Assembly (NCBI GenBank): GCA_049472315.1
Contig: JBLIRN010000080.1
Span: forward strand, 1 to 11,968
DNA: 11,968 nt
Origin: a bacterium
GTDB lineage: Bacteria; SZUA-182; DTGQ01; JAFGSM01
Reading direction: 5' to 3'
How positions within the stretch are numbered: the stretch's first letter is position 1; each line of letters starts with the position of its first letter. Under the pieces are notes generated by a model. That model was not told where the DNA came from. It did no database searches and saw nothing but the letters and a program-made list of their open reading frames with translations. This document shows positions 6,768 through 11,968 of the stretch, piece after piece. The position numbers were made by a program, and so were the translations under genes.

Positions 6768-9593
6768 ATGAATGCCAGACATGTCCACAAAATGGTGGAT
6801 TTGTCCCTTTCTATCCACATTGCCTTCGCACTGTTCCTTTTTTTGCTTTTCACTCTTGGAAGGCCCGCCCTATTGCAGGCATATTCATTATCAGGCCACT
6901 ATACCCTGCCTGATCTCTCGGATCTGAACCCTCGGATCCCCGGCTATGATCTCCCGTTGGAGCTTTCGAATATCGCCAATTACGAAGAGGTTAAAACATG
7001 GCTTGATGCCATTGGAATCGATGAGGATGCAGAGGCCATCCTACGCAATAACGGATTTGTCGTGCGCCCCTGGTCCAAGGAAGACGATATAGTGGAGGTA
7101 TATACATCGCTCAGGAAATCCTGGATTCCCGTATTCATAACCTCGGACAGCCTCCTTCACCTTTACCATGTCCAGTTTGACACGACCCTGATGAAAATCG
7201 AGAAAGACCACCTTTTTGCAGATGCCCTGCTTTTGAGCCAGGCCCTCTTTGATTATTTCCAGGAAAAATCACACACCTATTCCGGAGATCTCGCGCAGGC
7301 GGCACAAAAAAACGCGGCCTTTTTCGCGGTGGGCAAGGAGCTTCTGGGTACCCCCGTTACGTCCGGTCTGGATGCGGAAATGGCGGAAAAGGTCAATGCG
7401 GAACTCTCGCTCATCCGTCAACACCAGGGATTTGCGGACAGCCCGCTCTTTACCTATAAAGAGGACTATTCACAGTATGTCCCGAGAGGTCATTATACGA
7501 GGAGCGATCAATTGGAGAAGTATTTCCTCGCCATGATGTGGTATGGCAGGATGGCCTTCCTCGTGAAGGGGGACCCTTATTATTGCGAAAACAGCGCATG
7601 CCCCGCGCTCATACCTCCTGAAGTGGCCCGTCTCCAAACGCTGCAGGCGGCCCTCATTGCCGATGCACTTTCCCGATTGACGGCGGAGGGAAGGGGCCTT
7701 GACGAAATATGGGATCGCATTTATACGGTGACCGCCTTCTATGTGGGGCTTGCGGACGACCTCACCCCTCATGACTATCTGTCCGCACTCGAGGATGTCT
7801 TCTCCAACGAGGAGATTGACATAGAGACGCTTGCACGGGATGATGCCCTGTTCGCCGATTTTCAATCCAGGCTTGACCTGCTTGAATCCCCTTTGATTTA
7901 CTCAGGGACCGGCTTTGCGGTCATTGATCCGGTTCCCAGCAGCCCTGAGATGCGGGATCAGACGATGGAAGCAATACGTGACAAGACAAAGGGGATGCGG
8001 ATTATGGGACAACGGTTCGTCCCGGACTCCTTTATCCTCAGCCAGCTTGTGTTCCCCTATACAGGAAGGCTCACCGGTGATCCCTGTTTTACCTGCCTTC
8101 AAGAACAAAGGGCACTCCCCCTCGGGCTTGACGTGATGAGCCTCCTGGGGTCAAGGCGGGCCAAGGCCATCTTGAAGGCCCAGGGCGATACGGCCTATGA
8201 GGATTATGAAAGCCAATGGAAGAAGATGGCCGATCTTCTGGCGGATCTCACCCCGTCCGACTGGCAGCGAAACCTGTATTGGGGCTGGCTCTACTGTCTA
8301 AAGCCCCTGTTCCAGGAATACGGGGAGGGGTATCAGACATTCATGAAAACCGGTGCCTGGCAGGACAAGCAGTTGAATGCGGCACTTGCCTCGTGGACTG
8401 AGCTGCGCCATGATACCATCCTGTCTGCGAAGCAGAGTTACACCGGAACCTGGGGGGGGCCGCCCCACGTGGTGGGCTATGTGGAGCCGGTGCCCGAGGT
8501 CTACGCCCGTCTCCTCGCCCTCAGCCGCATGACCAGGGAGGGATTGAAGGCCCTGGATGTCCTGGAGCAGCAGGCGGAAGACCGCCTCGTGGGTCTTGAG
8601 ACGATCCTGGACCGGCTCATCCAGATCTCCCTGAAGCAACTTGAAAACGAGCCGCTCACCGATGGAGACTACTATTATATCAATGAATTCGGCGAACTGC
8701 TCGAGTCATTGGTGCAAGGCGTCTCCGCCGCAGGGCTCAGCACCCTGCTCGTTGCGGATGTGCACACGGACCAGAACAGCGGAAAGGTCCTCGAAGAAGC
8801 AGTGGGATACGCGGAGATCATGCTCGTTGCCTATGAGGTGCCTGACGGAAGGATACTCCTCGGAGCAGGGCCGGTGTTCAGCTATTACGAGTTCAAACGT
8901 TCCATGCAGGGTCGGCTTACCGATGAATTATGGTCTGCACTGTCGGAAGTGTATTATGATGAACGTGTGAACAATCATCATGTCAATGGAGGCTTCAAAC
9001 GTCCGGCCTGGACGTTCAGCTATGCCATGGAATGGGAATGTGTCGATTTTGATCCTCCCCCAGGATCCGCTTCCCCTGATTATGAATGGAGAATCATCGA
9101 CAGGAGGGATCAGGCCCCGGATCTGACGAACATCGATCTTTCGGAGTTTGATCCTGTTCAACCTGATGCTCCCACTCAACAATCACGGACGACATCGAAG
9201 GCGGTTCGTTGGCCCTTTTCCTACACAACGTTTGCGGCAAATCCGTTTCTTTCCTTTTCCGGCATGCCATTGCTTCGGTATCCTACCGTCTCTTCTTCAT
9301 GGCAGACATCCGTGATTCCATCTGCGATCTCTTCCATTTCACATGCTGCACAAGGAAGGGGACAACCGTTCAGCATGGCCGCCCTCATTGTGCAGGAAAA
9401 GACATTCACAATGCCGGCATTTACGGGGTATTACCATTCCCCATGGTCATTGACGTCCTCCGCTTATTCCTTGCCGATCTCAACAGCATTATTTGAGAAT
9501 TTCACGTACCAGGTACCCTGGACATTTCAACGGGCCTCCATTCCCAATTTCTTGCCGACATCCTGGTATGTTCCCGTAGCCTTCCTGGAGTAG
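6768..9593 (+). CDS. DUF3160 domain-containing exported protein (941 aa) with C-terminal low-complexity tail
   Basis: DUF3160 motifs recognised: PVFITSDSLLHLYH, DYSQYVPRGHYTRS..LEKYFLAMMWYGR, LNAALASWTELRHDTIL.AKQSY, GYVEPVPEVY, VADVHTD..VLEEAVG, GPVFSYYEF..RLTDE.W. Start moved from 6684 (GTG) to ATG 6768 because AAGGAGG (6754-6760) lies 7 nt upstream and a signal-peptide-like stretch follows (IAFALFLFLLFTLGRPALLQA|Y). Confidence 0.92.
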   Translation: MNARHVHKMVDLSLSIHIAFALFLFLLFTLGRPALLQAYSLSGHYTLPDLSDLNPRIPGYDLPLELSNIANYEEVKTWLDAIGIDEDAEAILRNNGFVVRPWSKEDDIVEVYTSLRKSWIPVFITSDSLLHLYHVQFDTTLMKIEKDHLFADALLLSQALFDYFQEKSHTYSGDLAQAAQKNAAFFAVGKELLGTPVTSGLDAEMAEKVNAELSLIRQHQGFADSPLFTYKEDYSQYVPRGHYTRSDQLEKYFLAMMWYGRMAFLVKGDPYYCENSACPALIPPEVARLQTLQAALIADALSRLTAEGRGLDEIWDRIYTVTAFYVGLADDLTPHDYLSALEDVFSNEEIDIETLARDDALFADFQSRLDLLESPLIYSGTGFAVIDPVPSSPEMRDQTMEAIRDKTKGMRIMGQRFVPDSFILSQLVFPYTGRLTGDPCFTCLQEQRALPLGLDVMSLLGSRRAKAILKAQGDTAYEDYESQWKKMADLLADLTPSDWQRNLYWGWLYCLKPLFQEYGEGYQTFMKTGAWQDKQLNAALASWTELRHDTILSAKQSYTGTWGGPPHVVGYVEPVPEVYARLLALSRMTREGLKALDVLEQQAEDRLVGLETILDRLIQISLKQLENEPLTDGDYYYINEFGELLESLVQGVSAAGLSTLLVADVHTDQNSGKVLEEAVGYAEIMLVAYEVPDGRILLGAGPVFSYYEFKRSMQGRLTDELWSALSEVYYDERVNNHHVNGGFKRPAWTFSYAMEWECVDFDPPPGSASPDYEWRIIDRRDQAPDLTNIDLSEFDPVQPDAPTQQSRTTSKAVRWPFSYTTFAANPFLSFSGMPLLRYPTVSSSWQTSVIPSAISSISHAAQGRGQPFSMAALIVQEKTFTMPAFTGYYHSPWSLTSSAYSLPISTALFENFTYQVPWTFQRASIPNFLPTSWYVPVAFLE

Positions 9594-9627
9594 CATGGAA
9601 TAGACAATTCAGACAATTAATGGGATC

Positions 9628-10619
9628 CTAATAGGACCACCAGGGGCGCACCTCGAGGGAAAACTTCATACGGGTCCAGCCGCCCCGTATGTCCATAGAA
9701 CACGATCTCCACGAGGTAGTTGCCTGGCACCATGGAAAGGAAACCTCCGGCCCCCTGTTATCTTGACCGCATACGCCATTTCGATGCACCATGCATCGGG
9801 ATCGAGACCCTCGTGGATCACCGCCTGTGTCACAGCGTCCGCGAGGTCAATCCATACGGTGTGCCAGGAGTCATCCAGGATGTCCCTGCCGAGCAGCACG
9901 TCAATCGTCAATTGCTCACCATCGGCGGCGGGCACCACAGGGGCGATTGCGTAGGTGCCGGAGGCCGTGTGCACCTCCGTTACAATGCATTCGTCACACC
10001 GCGGCCGTTTGGTGAGAAGCCTGATGGTAACGTCCCTGCCGCATCCCTCGCCGATAATGTCCAGTTCGGGGACGTCCAGATCCCCGATATCCCGGGGGGC
10101 CCAAAAATCGAAGGTAAAAATCGCGTTGGTCTCCATGCTGATGCCTATTGCGCCGTTCGTATCCGCAGCTGACGGCGGGGTGTAAAGACTGTACAGGATG
10201 GATTGCCTGTCATCAAAGGATGTACATAGACGAGGTATAAATGCCCATGGCGGATACCAATGCTGAACCACAACATCAAGAGCCCGGCTTCGTGCCTGCA
10301 GGTCCAAAATGGTTTGGAATGGGCCACTGTAACCGGAATCAATTATTCCATATACGGATCCATATCCCAGGTTCCGCCAGCCATGATTATAGGGCGAGTC
10401 CCAGTATTCGAAGTTATCGACGAGGATGTCCCCTTCAGCCATGCCAGGGTCCTCCTTCATAGGAAAGAAGATCGAATGGTCTTCCTCTCTCCATTCGAAT
10501 GGACACCACGTGGGCATGAATGAGAGAGCGGGTGAACTGAGAAGAATGGGCAGAATAAGAACCGGAATGAGTAGAACAAGAAGAAAATGAACCAGGGGCC
10601 TTTTTTCAACATGGTTCAT
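9628..10619 (-). pseudogene. Internally deleted, frameshifted paralog (copy B) of the 811-aa gene; residual ORF 9666..10619 (317 aa)
   Basis: Aligns with copy A from the ATG to ITGGRR (GAAA at 9740-9743 equals copy A 5200-5203), then jumps to copy A 3803-3806, a 1397-bp out-of-frame deletion. The 3' remnant reads FLSMVPGNYLVEIVFY, an extra base at 9693/9694, then DIRGGWTRMKFSLEVRPWWSY-TAG (9630-9628), homologous to copy A FLSMLPGTYVVEIIFYDLKGGRARTEFSVEVRPWWAY. RBS (GGAGG 10631-10627) and signal peptide are intact, so a truncated product may be made. Confidence 0.85.
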
Positions 10620-10661
10620 ACTACTGCCTCCGGCCGAGGAAATTCGATTTAGGATATTATA

Positions 10662-10691
10662 ATTCTAAGGGAAATTTCACAAAAAATACAA
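10662..10691 (-). promoter_or_regulatory. Sigma70-type promoter for copy B (TTGTAT-N18-TAGAAT)
   Basis: Positional homolog of the copy A promoter: -35 at 10691-10686, -10 at 10667-10662, followed by an additional TATAAT at 10661-10656. Confidence 0.55.
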
Positions 10692-10759
10692 TATCATCTC
10701 CCCTCTCGCACATTGCCACTGCTCCCTTGGCTGTTCCCGGCATGGGTGTGTCATAATAA

Positions 10760-10858
10760 CTACCCATCAGGTAAGGGCATAACCTTGATTTGCATTAAAA
10801 GGGCCGGGCACCAACCATCCCGGCCTCGTGGTCTTTCTGTACTCCGAAACACCATCAT
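10760..10858 (-). CDS. Candidate 32-aa small ORF MMVFRSTERPRGRDGWCPALLMQIKVMPLPDG (copy B)
   Basis: Same length, start and stop as 6244..6342, with AGGAAAG 7 nt upstream; 95 of 99 nt identical. Confidence 0.4.
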   Translation of the reverse strand: MMVFRSTERPRGRDGWCPALLMQIKVMPLPDG

Positions 10859-11538
10859 TTTGTTGCTTTCCTGACATTTCAGGCCCAATCTCAGCAATCG
10901 TTCAATCGAGAGAGCAGGGCTTCGAGCATCCACCTCAGGAGACCATGGTCATCATGCAATCCCCATTCCCGTTTTGATGATCGATGCCGCGGATACAGCA
11001 GAGGCATTGATACCTGAAACGCCCTTATACGGCCACTTAATTATTACCCGTTCCTATGCCCCATTGGAGCATAGAATTGCGGCGTAGATATGGTGTATGG
11101 AGTATTCCCTGTAATAGGTATCGATTGCATCACGGCGATGGGATCCGGATTGTAAGGGCATACGCATGGACGAAAGAATACACGGGAGGAATTGAATAGT
11201 TTTTATTTCATATTAAATTGATATTACGATTATTTTGATTAATTCTCTATTTTTTTGTTTAAGTATAGTCATATAATATATTATTTTTCAAAGTAATATT
11301 TAATATTATTTTTGACAAGCCGCGCCGTAATGCGCATCACCAAAAGGTTGGAGGCCCCTATGCGCAGAAGGAAAGAGTGCCATTCCTCTACTCGTCTTTT
11401 TGATCTGATGCATTTCAAGGCGGGCCAACACCTATCGTTATGTGTTTCAGTGACAGCGATAACGAGCGGTTATTAAAGAAACGATACTCTTTTCCTGTGG
11501 CAGGCGCGACGATTCCCTTTGAGCATCGTGAGACCGTT

Positions 11539-11895
11539 TCAATCCGGTCCGGCAAGATCATTCAGGCCATCCTGTGCCGTTGGATAGATCGTGGCGAATT
11601 TTGTAATCCCCACCAGAGCAAAGATTTTCTTGAAATGATCTGAAATTCCTGTAATGCCGATCTGTTGATCCCTCTTTTTTCCCTCGGCAATAATCTGGAT
11701 CAGGATGGCGATTCCGCCGTTGTTGATATACGCATCCGGGTCGAATGTAAACAGGATCCTGTTTGTGCCGCAATCGCACGCCTTGGCGTAGGCATCGTTC
11801 AGGAAGGGCTCGGAAGAGGCGGTCAGATCGCCCTGGATGTCGATACATGCGACATCCCCCTTTTTTTCAACCCGTGTCGTGTTTACCTGGTCCAT
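11539..11895 (-). CDS. STAS-domain anti-sigma factor antagonist (RsbV/SpoIIAA family)
   Basis: About 118 aa: IDIQGDLTA...ILFTF..DAYINNGGIAILIQII..GKKRDQQIGITGISDHFKKIFALVGITKFATIYPT matches the STAS anti-anti-sigma pattern. ATG 11895 preferred (AAGGG upstream); GTG 11901 is the alternative start. Confidence 0.9.
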   Translation of the reverse strand: MDQVNTTRVEKKGDVACIDIQGDLTASSEPFLNDAYAKACDCGTNRILFTFDPDAYINNGGIAILIQIIAEGKKRDQQIGITGISDHFKKIFALVGITKFATIYPTAQDGLNDLAGPD

Positions 11896-11906
11896 ATCCA
11901 CCCTTG

Positions 11907-11932
11907 TATTGTGTCAGTCTATTGTGTCAGTC
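11907..11932 (+). repeat. 13-bp perfect tandem repeat TATTGTGTCAGTC x2
   Basis: Copies at 11907-11919 and 11920-11932, in the short gap upstream of the STAS gene. Confidence 0.85.
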
Positions 11933-11935
11933 TCG

Positions 11936-11968
11936 TCAATCAGTGAGCTTCATCTGCATGGTCACCAC
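11936..11968 (-). CDS. 3' end of an upstream gene (..VVTMQMKLTD*), possibly an RsbW-like anti-sigma kinase
   Basis: Open frame from the window edge to TGA at 11938-11936, co-oriented with and about 40 nt before the STAS gene. The V.M..K ending is compatible with the last strand of HATPase anti-sigma factors, but only 10 residues are visible. Confidence 0.35.
   Translation of the reverse strand: MVTMQMKLTD

Larger units (their letters stand above)
9631..11049. repeat. Segmental direct duplication of 3697-3806 + 5200-6536 (gene plus about 430 bp upstream DNA)
   Basis: Colinear similarity, roughly 90% by eye in conserved coding DNA (9741-10200 vs 5201-5660), continuing upstream to the shared ttattaccc (11041-11049 vs 6528-6536). 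Confidence 0.92.

Noticed and set aside
9594..9627. Bidirectional terminator between DUF3160 and copy B
   Set aside because: No GC-rich hairpin; only a short AGACAATT direct repeat that could be chance.
3751..10523. Numerous short ORF-track ORFs overlapping the 811-aa, DUF3160 and copy B genes
   Set aside because: Shadow frames expected in GC-rich coding DNA; their similarity across the two copies merely reflects the duplication.
3668..10619. Diversity-generating retroelement (TR/VR pair) explaining paralog variation
   Set aside because: Differences are not adenine-specific, include indels and sit at the N-terminus; no reverse transcriptase or Avd gene in the window.

Overview
GC-rich bacterial window (no rRNA, tRNA, CRISPR or transposase seen) dominated by large exported proteins. 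(1) A minus-strand S8 subtilisin-family protease, <1..3013, absent from the ORF track because it runs off the window. (2) An 811-aa secreted protein, 3668..6103 (-), with a predicted jelly-roll N-domain and C-terminal cadherin/Ig-like repeats; its stop codon lies inside a 29-bp inverted-repeat (REP/MITE-like) element. (3) A divergently transcribed DUF3160 protein, 6768..9593 (+), with an unusual Ser/Thr/Pro/aromatic tail. (4) A second copy of the 811-aa gene plus about 430 bp of its upstream DNA, 9628..11049, carrying a 1397-bp internal deletion at a 4-bp microhomology and a further +1 frameshift. (5) A STAS anti-sigma antagonist whose phospho-acceptor Ser is replaced by Asn. The most interesting signals: the two paralogs differ mainly in three short aromatic-rich hypervariable segments set in a conserved framework (a CDR-like or variable-cassette pattern), and both carry a highly conserved, hairpin-rich upstream element containing a 32-codon ORF with mostly synonymous differences. 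All alignments and translations were done by eye; no database searches were run.
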